This document shows positions 35,961-50,235 of a stretch of DNA of 64,000 bases, piece by piece. Location of the stretch: positions 17,734,001-17,798,000 of the forward strand of contig CM052832.1 in NCBI GenBank assembly GCA_028534125.1, in the 5' to 3' direction. The position numbers were made by a program, and so were the translations under genes. The notes under the pieces were generated by a model that did no database searches, was not told the DNA's origin, and saw nothing but the letters and a program-made list of their open reading frames with translations. Position 1 is the stretch's first letter; every line of letters starts with the position of its first letter. The stretch is from Lama glama. Taxonomy: Eukaryota.

Positions 35961-37789
35961 CTTTCCAACTTATCAAATCACTATTATTCAGATGAATATA
36001 ATATATAAAAATTTACTTACCTGGGGGAAAAAAAAAGAACTTTTAGGAAGTTTTCAATTTTTTTTTAAATTAAAGTGACATCCATTTAGGTACAAATTAA
36101 GACAATATGACCCATAGAATGTTTTAAAGATTTGGGAAAGTATTTTACTAATTGGTTTATTTTATTTTGCATTTGCTTATGATTAGAGTCACTGATCACA
36201 TGAGGTACATAAATTAAAATCTGTTTAAGAAGTTTGAGATCATCAATTTGTTCTTAAAACAGATTGATATGAAGATACAGTTACTAGTCCTTGTTTAGAG
36301 ATAAGAATAGTGGCATACAATAAAATCAGTGGACTCTCAATATCAAAGTAAGACCCTGATTCCACTTTAGCTTGAATTAATGAAATCTTAAACTGATAGA
36401 AATTTATCCAACGGGATGAAGCAGTTATTATTGATAGATTTTTCAAATGTCTGGAAGATTTTGTCTTTATATATCAAGTTTTCTCAAAGTATTCCAAGCT
36501 AAAAAATATTTTGAAACATGTTTTATACACATACGTTGTATCAATACACATGGATCATCTACAAATAGAATATTAGCATTATCTAAATAGTCAGAAAAAT
36601 AGAAAACTGATGAGTTTTAGTATAAGTATACATTTCTGACATCATAATTAAAAACAGTTCATAGTTGTTATGATGTTCATAGTTCTTAATTGTGAATGTG
36701 TAGAATTCCTGAAGTTTGGGTAGAAGTTCTGTGTTGGAATCCACGAATCTGAAATTTATCTAGAATTTCATAAGCATGGATTTTTAGTACTTCATTAGTC
36801 TACATGAATTATACTTCTATGATTATCTATTATCAACTACATTTAAAGTTATACTCTAGTCCAGTATTTGCTTCCTTATTCAGTTGTCCCTACTGCCCTC
36901 TTTTTTCCTAGATATGTCAAAGGAAAATATAGCCATTAATAATACTATTAAGTATGACTGCCAATCATGTTTCTATGGTTAAGAGACAAGTAGATCAGGG
37001 TAAGAAAAAAATTTATTATCAGAAAATAATTAAATAATTAAAATAAAACTTGCCTTCTCTTAAAGTATCCATGAGGAAATGGATTTACTTCTATTCTAAT
37101 TCTTCTCCTCTCACTACTTTTCTTTCTTCTGACCATCAGTTTGAGTCCTTGGAAGCTGGTTAGTGGTCTCTGTTCCTGAGGATATTTGCCCACTTGTGAC
37201 TTTACTCTGAAACTTGCTTCCGAACCTGCCCAGATAGAGCCTACCAGGAGGCCGATGTGAAAGGGCAACCACTCGCTAAACAAGTGTGTGGTTTACACCT
37301 ACACTTTGACCCTCGACTTGATTCTTGTTAAATTGGTTCACTTTCCATTTGCGAAGCCATCCGGAGGCCTATGGTAGGCTTCAGCATATCCTACACCAGG
37401 AGTCTGAGATCAGAGCTTCAGACTCTTAAAGGACTATTCTGAAGTAATAAAGACCATTTATACTTTAAAATGTTACTGAACTTCTCAGATTGGAGAACTA
37501 AAAATATTTTATTATCTTCTCTGAAGCCTGTGGGAATATATATTTCACTGAAGCAATTAGGCAAGTTTGCTGTCCTGTCCAAAAAGGAAGAGCAGTGGGA
37601 CATGTGTAAGGAAACTAACATCTGTGCTTCCTTTAGACTTTGCGTCTGGGGGTGGAGGGGGCGGGGGCACTTGCTTTGATTGTGGATAAGGCGAAATGAT
37701 AAGAGCTCTCCCTGAGCTCGTCTTTAAGGCTGAGGAGACTTAGGCAGGCCTGCGACCACTCTAAAAGAGTTAGTGTTCTTTTAGATGCC

Positions 37790-39020
37790 AGAAGTTTTTT
37801 TAAACTTTATTAGTTTTGTCATGATTTCAAATTTGTAGAAGAGCTGTAGGACTAGTACAAATAACTATTTCCTGAATCATTTGAGAGCAGTTTGCTCCCT
37901 CGAATACCTTAATGAATTTCCTGCAAATAAGGTCATTCTTCGATATAATCACAAATGACTATCAAAACTATGAACTTTGCATTTACATATTAGCGTCATC
38001 TAATTCACACACTCCATTCAAATTTTAACAGCTGTACCAATAATATTGCTTATAGAAAAAGATCCGATCTAGGATCATGTATTGTGTAATTATTTCTCAT
38101 GTCTCTTTAGTCTTCTTCAATCTGGAAAAATTCCTCAGTCTTTACTTGACTTCCATGACTTTGACACCTTTAGACAGTACAGAATAGTTATTTTATAAAA
38201 TAACCCAAATTCCTCAGTGTGGGTTTATCTGATATTTTCTTAATAATTAGATAGTTTACACATCTTAGGCAGAAAAATCACAGAAATGATGCTGTGTTCT
38301 CATTTGCTCATATTAGGAAGGCAAATGATGTCAGTTTGGCCCATTACAGATGATAAGAACTTTGATCATTTGATTAAAGTAGGGTATTGCAGGTTTCTGC
38401 ACTGTAAAGTTACTACTCTTTCTTACTGTAATTAAGAAGTATTTTGTGAGGTGGTAAAATGCAAATATCCCATTCCTCAGTAAACTTCCCCTGCTTACTT
38501 TAGCACTTATTGATGTTTCCTGGCTGAATTAATTATAAGTATGACTTTCTAATTCTGTCATTCCTTCTACAGTTATTAGTTGACATTCCACTATAAGGAA
38601 AAATCTTCCTTCCTTCCTTCCATCCTTCCTTCCTTCCTTTCTTCCTTCCTGCCTATATAGATTCCTATTTATTCAATGGGTTGTAATATATTAATATCAT
38701 TATTCATTTTCATGTTCAAATAATTCCAGTTTTGTTCAGTGAGAACTCCTTCAGCCTAGCTTCTATGTCCACTTTAAAGAAAGATTTTATTTTGAAAAAA
38801 ATGTATATTTATAGTAGAGATGTAACATACACACAGAAGATTCTTGTGTACCCTTTACCCAGCTTCCCCTAATATGAGCATTTTATATAGCCTCATGTCT
38901 GTGTCCTCTTGCTATGTCCCCATCATTCTTTGAACACTTCCTTGCTTTGTAGCACAAAATATCCAGGCTTATCTTATACTTTCCTATCACAGCTCTAGAT
39001 TTAGCCATTTCTCCAAGGGG
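37790..39020 (-). mobile_element. Old L1M(C)-type 3' fragment with embedded (CTTC)n
   Basis: GTCTCTTTAGTCTTCTTCAATCTGGAA...TGCAGGTTTCTGCACTGTAAAGTTAC...TTAGCCATTTCTCCAAGG; (CTTC)n at ~38605-38650. Confidence 0.7.
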
Positions 39021-39099
39021 TACTGACATAAAACGATCAGTAGCAATTGCCTTCATTTTTTAAAATCAGCATCCTTTGCCCAGCTTCCAGATATATGCT

Positions 39100-41290
39100 A
39101 GTACCCAGAATAAGAAGAGATCATGGAACTAAAAAGAGACCAGTTCCCACTGAAGAAGGACACAGCATTCATATAAATTGAAGCTTTGTATTGGTCTTCA
39201 GTAACAGTTTCCCCAGTTCCTCCCTGAATGGCACTGCAGTCATGTACCAGAATGACCATGTACTGTGAAAGTGGGAATTCTCAGTTTTCAAGGATTTTTG
39301 GGTAGAGAGGGCCAAGATAACATTGATACCAGCAAACACAAATACTGTCATGGACCCTCTGTCAGAAAGGAGCAACCTATGAACCAGTTGATGAATGAAG
39401 TCCTGGCCTAAGTTTCATCTCAGAATGGATCTGTACTAGTTTTGCATTGTGGCTATAACAGATTACTACAAACTTAGTGGCTTAAAACACAACAAATTTA
39501 TTAACTTAGAGTTTTATAGGTTAGATGTACAGCATAGGTTCATTGGGCTAAAATCAAAGTGTCAGAAGGACTGCATTCCTTCTGGAGCTCTAGGGGGAGT
39601 CTCTTTCCTTGCCTTTTCCATCTTCTAGAGACTGCCTGTATTCTTTGGCTAATCGCCCCCTTTCTTCACCAAAGCTAACAACATCTGGCTGAGTGTCTCT
39701 CATGTTGTATCTTTCTGATTCTTCTCCTGTCATTGCAGCTATCTCTGATCACAACTGGGAAAGATTCTCTAGAGTAGGGTGATTTTGATACTAGTGTGAT
39801 TAGATTGGGCCAGCCTGGATAATTCAGGATAATCTTCCTATCTCAAATTCCACATCCCTAATCATTTCTGCTGAGTTCCTTTTGTCACATAAGGTAACAT
39901 ATTCACAGATTCTATTGACATCTTTGGGGAGACATTATTGTATCGATCTCAGAGTTCACTGGGCCTGTGGATCCATGCAGTGTTCATATTCCCAGTCTGT
40001 GAGAGTATCTGGAAGGTATATATTTAGAAGATGACAAAGCTTTCCCATTGGGTCTTGGCTTGCTGACTAAGGCACACTGTGGTACAAAAGGCTAAATGGA
40101 GGTCCATTAAACTGCCTCAGCTACAATCAAGAGCACATCACAGGTGGAGTGGCAGATTAGTATCACCCTCAAACACTTAAATGTATAGAGATAGTGGTTT
40201 TCATCATATCCCCATTTCATTCACCAGAAGGGCTCCTGCAAAAATCAGATGGATTATGGTGGATGACAATAGCTTGCTGAAACCTTCACCAAATGGTAGC
40301 ACCATTGCAGCTGCTGTGACAGATATCTTTAATAGAACAAATCCACACACTCTGGTAGTTATTATGCACTGATCTCATTGATAGAAATGCATTCTTATCA
40401 ATACCCATAAATGAGGACTCTCAGAGGCAGTTTGCATTCATTTGGTATAGATAACAGTATACACTCACAGTTTGCTTTAGGGCTATGTTAACTTCTTTGT
40501 TCTCATTGATGGTAGAGCCTGACAGGACTGTCGTCATCTGGACATTCTTAAGCATATACTGTTCACCGTGCTGATGACATTATGTTAATCAGCCTGATGA
40601 GAAGGAAGTGGCAACTACTCTAGTTGCTCCTTAGGATACATGTAGTCCAGAGGGTGGGAGATAAACCTACAAGATTCAGAGTTCTAGCATATCAATAACA
40701 TTTTAAAGAGTCTAGTGGTCTGGGGCAAATAGGTAGTCTACATTCCTGTATCATCTACTTTTGTTTCACCATTGCCTTTCTCTCAGCTTATACCAATAAA
40801 CTTATGGAGGGTTCACTAGGGCCACCTAAAACAAGAGGGAAACACAGATCTGGTTAACAGATAAGTCAGCTTGGTATGTTGATGAGAGCCAAAAATGGGC
40901 TGCTGCTGATATATACCCCCACTCAGGGGTATCCCAGCAAGATGCTAGTGAGTGGTGATCTTCCCAACGGGCAGAGATTCAGGCAGCCCATCTAGTCATA
41001 CACTTCATATTAAGAAAATATGTCTGAGGGAAGTACCTACTATACTCCTGGGCAGGGTTGAATTGATTTGGCTGGTTTAACAAGAACCTGAAAAGAGTAA
41101 GATTGGAAATTTGAGGACAAGGAGGTCTGAAGAATAAATATGTGAATGAATCTATAAGTATGGCTGCACAGTGTATGCATCTTTGTATCAAATGTTAAAG
41201 ACCACCCAGGAAAGCATAAACTACAGATGAGGGGACGTATGCATGGGCCCAATAGGGGCCGCCTCTCACCAAGGTTGAATTAGTTATTGC
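39100..41290 (+). mobile_element. Degenerate ERV-L internal (pol/RT) region
   Basis: Remnants of RT motifs: CAGAGGCAGTTTGCATTCATTTGG...CAGTATACACTCACAG...AGGGCTATGTTAAC (Q.QFAF.W...QYT.TV...GYVN) and GATGACATTATGTTAAT (DDIML). Many stops and frameshifts. Confidence 0.7.
39432..39950 (-). mobile_element. MaLR (MLT1-like) LTR nested in the ERV-L remnant
   Basis: TGTACTAGTTT...GCTATAACAGATTACTACAAACTTAGTGGCTTAAAACAC...GATAATTCAGGATAATCTTCCTATCTCAAA...ATAAGGTAACATATTCACAG. Confidence 0.8.
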
Positions 41291-41819
41291 AGCTACTAAA
41301 CCTAAAAAATTTGGAAGAACACTTTAGAGTAAATTTTGCATGAAAATAAAAATTGAAGTTACAATCTATGTGAAGTAGAAAGATAAACCATTACATATAA
41401 ACATATATCTGTTACATAGGGCCAAAGGGACTTTCAGGGGAAAAATTATACATAAAATCCTTTTGACAAGAACCAGCCAGAGGGAAAAAAAAGGAACTGA
41501 AGTTTCAGTTCAAAATGGTAGAAAAAGAACAGAAAAATTTAATGAAAGAAAAAAGAAAGAATGGCAAAGTTAATGAAATAAAAGTAAAAATGAAAAATAA
41601 TCCATATAATTAATATTTTCTGTTGAAAAGATACATGAAATAGACAATTGGTTAGTATGATCTTGAAAAAGGAATAAATAAACTAGAATGAATGAAAATT
41701 AGACGGAAAGAATTTAAAAAAGGTGCATAAAGATTATTAAAAAATTAGAGAATCGTTCAACTCTGTATCAATCAGTGAAGTCCTTGATTAACATGAACAA
41801 TATTTCTTTTTTTAACAGT

Positions 41820-43195
41820 ATAACATTTTTTATTGATTTATAATCATTTTACAATGTTGTGTCAAATTCCAGTGTAAAGCATGACTTTTCAGTTGTACAT
41901 GAACATATATATATTCATTGTCACATTTTTTTCTCTGTGCACTCCCATAAGATCTTGTGTATATTTCCCTGTGCTATACGGTATAATCTTGTTTATCTAT
42001 TCTACAATTTTGAAATCCCGTCTATCCCTTCCCACCCTCCACCCCCTTGGCAACCACAAGTTTATATTCTATGTCTATGAGTCTGTTTCTGTTTTGTATT
42101 TATGCTTTGTTTGTTTGTTTGTTTTTAGATTCCACATATGAGCGATCTCATATGGTATTTTTCTTTCTCTTTCTGGTTTACTTCACTTAGAATGACATTC
42201 TCCAGGAGCATCCATGTTGCTGCAAATGGTGTTAACAATATTTCTTTAAGCCATTTTGAGTTTATTTTTGTGCATGGTGTGCGGGAGTGTTCTAACTTCA
42301 CTGACTTACATGATTTACATTGTTAAAGAGACTGTCTTTTCTCCATTGCACATTCTTGCCTCCTTTATTGAAGGTTAATTGACCGTAAGTGTGTGGGTTT
42401 ATTTCTGGGCTCTCTATTCTGTTCCATTCATCCATATGTCTGTTTTTGTGCCAGCACCATGCTGTTTTGCTTACAGTAGTTTTGTGGTATTGTCTGAAGT
42501 CTGGGAGGGTTATTCCTCCAGCTTTGTTCTTTTTCTTCACTATTGCTTTGGCAATTCTGGGTCTTTTGTGATTCCATATAAATTTTAGGATTATTTGTTC
42601 TAGTTCTGTGAAACATGTCATGGGTAGATTGATAGGGATCACATTAAATCTGTAGATAGCTTTGGGTAGTATGGCCGTTTTAACAATATTAATTCTTCCA
42701 ATCAAAGAACATGGAATATCTTTCCATTTCTTTAAATTATCTTTAATTTCCTTTATCAATGTTTTATAGCTCTTCACGTATAAGTCTTTCTCCTCATTGG
42801 TCAACTTTATTCATAAGTATTTTTTTGATGCAATTTTAAAAGGGATTGTTTTTTACTTTTCTGTTATTTCATTGTTAGTATGAAGAAATACAATAGATTT
42901 CTGTATGTTAATCTTGTAACCAGCTACTTTGCTGAATTTGTTTATCAGCTCTACTAGTTTTTGTGTGGCATCTTTAGGGTTTTCCATATATAGTATCATG
43001 TCATCCACATATAGCGACAATTTTACCTCTTCCCTTCCAATTTGGATCACTTTTATTTTAATTTTTCTTCTTGTCTGATTGCTATGGCTGGGAATTTCAA
43101 TAATATGTTGAATAGAAGTGGTAAGAGTAGGCATCTTTGTCTTGTTCCAGATTTTAGTGGGAAGGCTTTCAACTTTTCACCATTGAGTATTATTT
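41820..43195 (-). mobile_element. LINE-1 (young 3'UTR joined to an ORF2 segment, internal deletion)
   Basis: ORFs 42298-42804 and 42853-43134 translate to L1 RT-region peptides ([42 protein letters not shown]); 3'UTR at 41825-42230. Confidence 0.92.
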
Positions 43196-46100
43196 TATTT
43201 TTTCCTCTAATGACTTTTTCTGGTTCTATTGTTAGAATAGTGCTGGCCTCAAAAAATGAATTCAGAAGTATAAGCCTGTTTTAATTTTCTGGAAGAGTTT
43301 GTGTAGAATTGGTATTATTTCTTACCTAAACTTTGGTAGAATTCACCAGTGAAACCATAAAGTCCTGGAATTTTCTTTGTGAGAAGCTTTTTAAGGTGGT
43401 TTAGCTTTAAAATAAATTTCTTTAACAGATACAGGACTATTCAGAATCGTCTTGAGTGAGTTTTTGGTAGTATGTGTAATTCAAGAAATTTTCCTATTCT
43501 ATAATAAGATTGTTTAACTATCTTAAAAAAATCTATAGCATCTGTAGTGACATCACATCTCTCATACCTGATATTGGCAATTTGTGTCTTTTCCCCTTGA
43601 TCAGATTAATTAACCTTTCTATGCCACAATTTCCTCATCTGTAAAAATAACAAAAATAACAAGACCTAAATCATATATTTTTGTAAGAATTAACTAGTTT
43701 AATATTTAAAGAGCTTGAAACAGTTCCTGGCATGTAGTACATTCATGATCATACATCATAGCTACTATTACTATTGCTGTTATGGCAAATTATAATTATT
43801 ATTTATGTGTGGGTTTGTGTTTTTATTGTCTTTTCCCACACTGGTCTAGTGGTTCCAAGACAGCAGAAAACATGGTAATTGCATTCCACTGTGTTTTTAG
43901 CAGTATCTAATAAATTAACATTTGTTGAATTATTTAATTAACATTAAAATCATGAAATAATTTGGGCTTTTCAAAGTCAGTTAATAACTTGGAAGATAAC
44001 ATTTATGAAGTTATATGCATGAGGTGAAAAACTAGGGGTGATGAAAAGAATGAAAATTATGTATCACTTCTGAGTTTAAGAAGGAAAACCAGAAGTCCTT
44101 GAAGTTCATTCTTCTACCCTTCCATTGTTTCCCACTCCTGGGAGTAGCGATTGGTCAAGAGGCCCTCTGGAACCATGAACTAACACAATATGCACATTAT
44201 ACTCCTTAGAGGCTTTAAGAGGAGAGGGAGGTCTATAAACTATTGGAAGTAGAAGGATAGTTTGTCTCACTCCCAAGGTATGTTTGTCAATGTTGGCAGG
44301 AAAGACATCCCAGGGAGCCACCACCTCTTATTTACTCAAACATCTCCTCTTTCCATGTCGCCTCCAGCTGCCCATTTTCTAGATATTCTACACATAAATG
44401 CACACACACACATGTATAACACATATTTCCTTTTTTGTTGGACAAAAGGAATCTTAACATCTATAATTCCTCATTTTTCATTATAATAGGACCATGTGGT
44501 CAAAATAAGAGGACCCGGTAATAGATATATAACTCAACAACCAAGGACACAATAAACTAAAGAGAAGGCTATCGAAGGGAGCAAATAAAGGCACTGGGCT
44601 ATCTTAAATAATGGAGGTATTTCTGCAGTAATCACAACAACTAATGAGGAACTGAGTAGGTTAGAGTCTTATTAAGACTCCAGAACTCAGGGGGTAACCA
44701 AATGTTCATGTCATGTTTCCTTTATTTTCTTGAAGATGTCACCCAGGACCCAAGTTCCTGGGACTCCTCTCCTGAGCCCAAACTGACAAGTGTCTGTGGC
44801 CCAGGGCTGTTCTGTGGTGGTGGTGCATTTAGGGTGGGTTATTACTGGATCATTAATGGTATCACCTTTCATATTTGTTACTATATTCTCTGTTAAACCT
44901 GAGGGAAAATTAAGGCAGGGTCTAGAGTGTCTCTCCCAGAGGACTTGCAGAGGTCTGGTATTTTTATTCTTTTTCACAGAGCTGATACTACACACTAAAG
45001 ACTTTCCTCAAAAATGTACAGTTCCTCAAAAAAAGTAATATTTATTATTCCTCAGATAATTCAGAAAGTTTTTAGGGATCAACGACTTCTGAAGATTAAT
45101 TTAGTCTGACTATACTCCTTCTACCTACCAAAAGCAGTTTCCCTAAAACTAATATAATATAATCAGGTTGGAATATTTGCTGTCAGTCAGTATCATGAGA
45201 GGCACTTATCATGGCTCAGTTTACAGAGTTTTTATGTGGAGAATTAAAATAGGAAAATTAAATTAGCTCAAGTCATTGCAAATAATATTAGCAAAGTTTA
45301 TAGACTTAAATACACAGACTTAAGTATATAGACTTAAAATATATAAGCTCAAAGTCAAAGTAATTTGACAATGCTTTTGAATCTTTCTGAAACCATTTTA
45401 GGGCAATTTAACCATTTGTTTATTTAGAGTTGTGACAACTTAAGGAGGAAGATCAAAATCTGAGAATTATTTCTGTTTAGTTGGAGGAAGCTGTATGTTT
45501 CCTTAACCTAAGGATACATAAGTGGGGCTGCAGTCATCCTCCCTGTCTATGGCTGAGTCCACCGCCCTCCTCTCTGCCCACCACACGTAAGACTGCCTCA
45601 CTGGCACTCTTCTCAGTCATATATGCTTTCAAATACCTACACAATTGTCCTTGCCTTTCAGTAGTTAAAGCAAACTATTACTTTAATGCAAACATAGTAT
45701 TAATAACTATCAAAACAACCCCATTTGATTTATATAATTCATATTTTACAGCTAAATGACCTAGGAATCAAAGAAGTTAAGTAGCTTAAGTAAAATATTT
45801 AAAATATGGCAGAGCTGTGATTCAACTCCAACTTTAAGTAACTAAACTATCTATGCTCTTTTTATTACTCTTTGTTGAAGGAAAATAAATGTTAAAGACC
45901 AGATGGGAAAGACAGGGATATTTTCTAAAGCCTAAGACTAAATCTGGATGCTAACAGTTATTATATCCACCATAAGAAAATTAATGGCAGGAGTCTATCC
46001 ATAAGTAAAAAAGTTTTCATAATTTCTGGGGTGTCTTATAATGTCATGAAAACCTTCACCCACCCTATAACAAAGATATCACAGCATACAAATGAGAAAC

Positions 46101-46963
46101 TGGACTGAGGTGTTTAAGGATTAGACAGTTTAATCATAAGATGTTCGAATCAAATATAAAGTTTACACCATCTGGAGTGATCATTCACAGTGATTTGAAA
46201 GTCAGTTTTGGGCTTAATGTGATCTCTAAGTCAGAAAAATGTTATAAACATGAAATCTTTATATTGTTTATTCACATTCTTAAAGGCGTTCTACCCCACT
46301 GTGACCAGGAATAGATAGATAATTACTCCTTTGAGTAATTATGCAATTAATTTGATCAATCTTCAAAGAATTAGGGTTAGGGGTAATTTTTTATATAAGA
46401 TTTAGGATCCTACATTTTTAAACATATATAATTTATGGTCATTATCAAGATTCATCGGCATTTGAATGCAATAAATTTACAGGTTATTTTGCCAAAATAT
46501 GTCAAGTGACATTTTTATTCAAACGTACAAGAATAAACATCACCGTGTCATTTTTTCTTTTTAGCAAAATTTGGCAAAATTAAAGGGAGACATAGACAAT
46601 TCCACAGCCATGGTTGAATATTTTAACATACATATGAGTTACTTTCTCAGCAATTGATAGAACTATATGCAAGAAATCAGTAAAGACATAGATGTTCTGA
46701 ACAACACTATCAGCCACTCTGACTTAACTGATACTGACTTCTCAGGCCACCTTTGTCAGAAAATTGATGCAAAAAGATAACTATAGTTTGTTTTCACCAC
46801 TGCAAGTTACAGCAGGAAGCAGTCTTGGGGACTAAGACGGGCCTCTGTCTTTCAGCACCTTCAAACCTACAAATTAGACACTTTCCTTTCCTACAATATT
46901 AGTCAAAAGAAATGGCACAGCTCAGTGGGCCCATTCTCTGGTGGATGGTGACCATCCAGAACA

Positions 46964-47468
46964 TTCACATAGAGATGCCCATGTGAAGTCCCTAAGAAAT
47001 CACCTGACTAAAAAATTTAAAAAGAGTTCAACATTTTTGTTTTCTTAGGTAAGCATGTGTTTGATGTCATAGAATAATTAAATCCCTCATTTTACTCTTC
47101 TTTTAAAGAGTACGGTCTTTTCAGGAGCTCTTACATAATATTTTTAAAGAAGGCTGCCATACTTCCCTAATACAAGGCATAGTTTGCATGGCAATGACAC
47201 TAGTTGACGGCATTACAAATTATGGTAGAAACAATAGTGGTAGATATAGACTTTTGTTTTTCATTTAGCCAGTCAATTCTGGAATTTTAGGAACTGTTAG
47301 TTACACAAAACAAAAAAAATTTTTTTGACTTTTCTTCATAATCATAAGGAAGGAAATGTTGGTATTTCAAACAAGAAACCAGAAGAAAGAAGTTACTTTT
47401 TATATTTAAGAAGTACATGTACTTTTAATTTAAATTTTCTTATCAATTATAATTGTGATATTTAATTT
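46964..47468 (+). repeat. Left arm of a ~500-bp inverted duplication
   Basis: Reverse complement aligns by eye along its length with 52225-52713 (e.g. AGAGATGCCCATGTGAAGTCCCT, CTTAGGTAAGCATGTGTTTGATGTCA, GGCATAGTTTGCATGGCAATGAC, AAATTTTCTTATCAATTATAATT). Confidence 0.92.
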
Positions 47469-50235
47469 AATTTCACATAAATGGATGTGAATAGCTATGT
47501 CTTTGTGGAGTTTTGTGAGCCCTCCTCAAATTGATAAGTATTATTTTTAATAAGCCTCAATGATGACTGATATTTTCATATTATGGATTCATTCCTTTGA
47601 GTGATCATTTAAAAAGTGATCCCCTAATACAACAAAGTCCTTCAGTGGAAACAAGTTTGAATTTGTGTATCATTTTTTTTAGCACGTCTAAAGGTAGTAA
47701 AAACTTCTAATGTCCAAGAGAATTTCTTTCTGTCACAGTAGAGACAGGGTAGATAAATTGCTGTGAAAAATCCTGAACATGTCTATAGGGAGTACACCAG
47801 GAGTAAAAGGGAGATCATATAAGATCAACAATCCATGTAACTTATTTTACAATAGATGTATGATAGTCATTCTATGTTTAAATTTGTTCTGTTATACCTT
47901 TCTAAATTATTTTAACTGGATGTTAGTCCTCTCACAGTGAAATAAACACTTTTTTTGATTCTGTCATAGACTATACCCAATAAATTATTTCAAGACAAAT
48001 ATTCTGTAAAATACAGAATATGCAAAATAAATGTGCCTTTCTAAGATATTAAGTTACTATTGACATTTTCTTAAACAAATACAAAAGAAAAAGAAGCATA
48101 GAAGTAAAGGCTATTTTGGAAATCATCAGATCTATATAACACATGATATGGCGGGGGGGGCTATGTAATCCCAAGAGTAGAATTCTAGGTGTTACCTAAC
48201 TTAAATCTCAGTGCCTTGAGAAAGGTACATGCAACTGTACCAGAGACAACAATGATGTTCATTTAAAGCATTTTTTCTACTTAAACATCCATATACTCAT
48301 TAAGAGTAATTTCCATTTTCAGTGTCAAATTCAGTAGTACATAATCATTCCCACTGACTTCCACAAAGGCCATTTTCTAACTTTCCAGCATTTATATGAT
48401 TTGCAAACATATATTATTCCACTCATATTTATAGAGGCTTTAAAAAATATTTTCAGTTGTTTTAATGATTGATTAACAATGAGAATTGGGTAACAAATAA
48501 GGAATAATGAAATGGGGACTTTGAGGGCATTGTATCCAAGAAAATAATTTTAATGAGGAGGGGAGGAATACCTTTCTTATGTCAACTGAAGAGGTTTAAA
48601 ATTCTGATTTGTTGTCACTGTCAAAACAGGCTCTAGACCATGGCAGAATTCATAGCAATTCTCCTTGAGTTTAAGATCGATATTTAGGGAAAAAAAATTT
48701 GTTCCCCAAAAGTTGGGGCTGATTTTTCATACCCATGGAGATTCCTTTATGACTTTTTTTTCTCTCTCTTTATGGAGTTTATGTTTAATTGATTTAAAAA
48801 AAGCATGAAACATCTGATAGCAGTTTAAACTCAAACAGAATATTGTGATAGATTCAATCATAATGTTGAAGAATAAAGATTTAGACAGTGCATCAAATAA
48901 AATGAAGGAATAATTTCTGGATATAATTAATCAATTAAAATTAATGATCATCTTGAGTTATTATTGATCACTTACTATCTATAAGGCATCTTAACAACAA
49001 CTTAATACCTGAAATGGTGCTAAGAAGGATTAAAAAAATAGTTCTACCATCAAGAAACTTACAGTCTAATAAGAATATATAAAACATATAAATATAGTAT
49101 ATTAACTAGAAGAACTGTTATTTCATTGTATAAAAATGTGGTAGTTTAAAAGGAGTGACAGAGCATTTTAAAATCAGAGTCCCAGATAATTTTACAAAAA
49201 TATTGTGTTAGAGCTGACCACTGAAGCATGGGAAAGATTCAGACAGGGGATTTTCATGGGACAGTGTGGGAAGGGATGATGTGGTATTAACAGTTAAAGA
49301 AAAATTAGTGAGCTTCTAAATGGTGAGAGTTTTATAGGATCTATAGCATACCCAGAATGATTAAAGGATTGTACAAGAAAACAAGGTCATCTGACATGCA
49401 CTAAACACTCTATAACAAAGGTGGCTATCAACAGAGGCTCAGATGTGTACACACCGCTTTTGAATTCCAGTTATCTACTGTGTGACTCAGGTTCATTTAT
49501 GCAGAATCTATAAACCAAAGTTTCGCTATTTAAAAAATCAGAATGAAAATACCTACAAGTATGTAAGAAGCTTGAGACTACTCAGTTTTATAACATGAGT
49601 AAGATATATAGTTGAGCTTTAAGGGACAAATTTATACTTCAGTGGAAAATTATACGTTGTCTAGAGTCTAGATGATACCTCTCCAGGTTATCTGATTCTG
49701 ATTCTGTGGCAGGCATTTTACAACATAGTAAATTATAGATAACTGATAGCCAAGCAAAATAGTTCTTGTGTATGACATGCAAATTGAGTTCTGTCAGGTA
49801 GAAACTAATTGACTTCCCTTTCCCACAGTGGAAGAAGCAATTTTTGCCTCCACTTGTACATTTATTTCAAACATTCCTTCACTTCTTGTAAATCTCTGCT
49901 TTTTGAGTCTTTTTTTTTTTTTGAACTGGTTATTACTTTGCCTGGTTCCCTCATTAACTGTGTTGAATAAAATCTTTAACACATATTTATTTTATATCTA
50001 TATGAGAGTCATTTCACCTTTCTTCTGGGACTTAATTCTTTTCACTAAGTATTATGTTGCAAAGATACAACAATATGTGTAGGTATAGCTGATTCACTTT
50101 GACTCCGGATACACTTCAGTGTATTTATCCACATCTTAAAAGATCCAAGAGCGTCTGATACATTGGCTTAAGTTATTATAAGCACAAAATAAATGGTAGT
50201 GTTTGAAAAAAATATTTTGCTTAGGACTTTACAAC

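Noticed and set aside
36013..36027. U1 snRNA pseudogene (TACTTACCTGG)
   Set aside because: The match stops after ~11 nt; it is simply the complement of a consensus 5' splice site.
42298..43134. Reverse-transcriptase-like ORFs as a novel system
   Set aside because: Ordinary broken LINE-1 ORF2 fragments; the RT traces at ~40400-40590 are likewise dead ERV-L.
45298..45345. Short AGACTTAA repeats
   Set aside because: Three degenerate ~14-bp AT-rich units, consistent with slippage; no sign of function.
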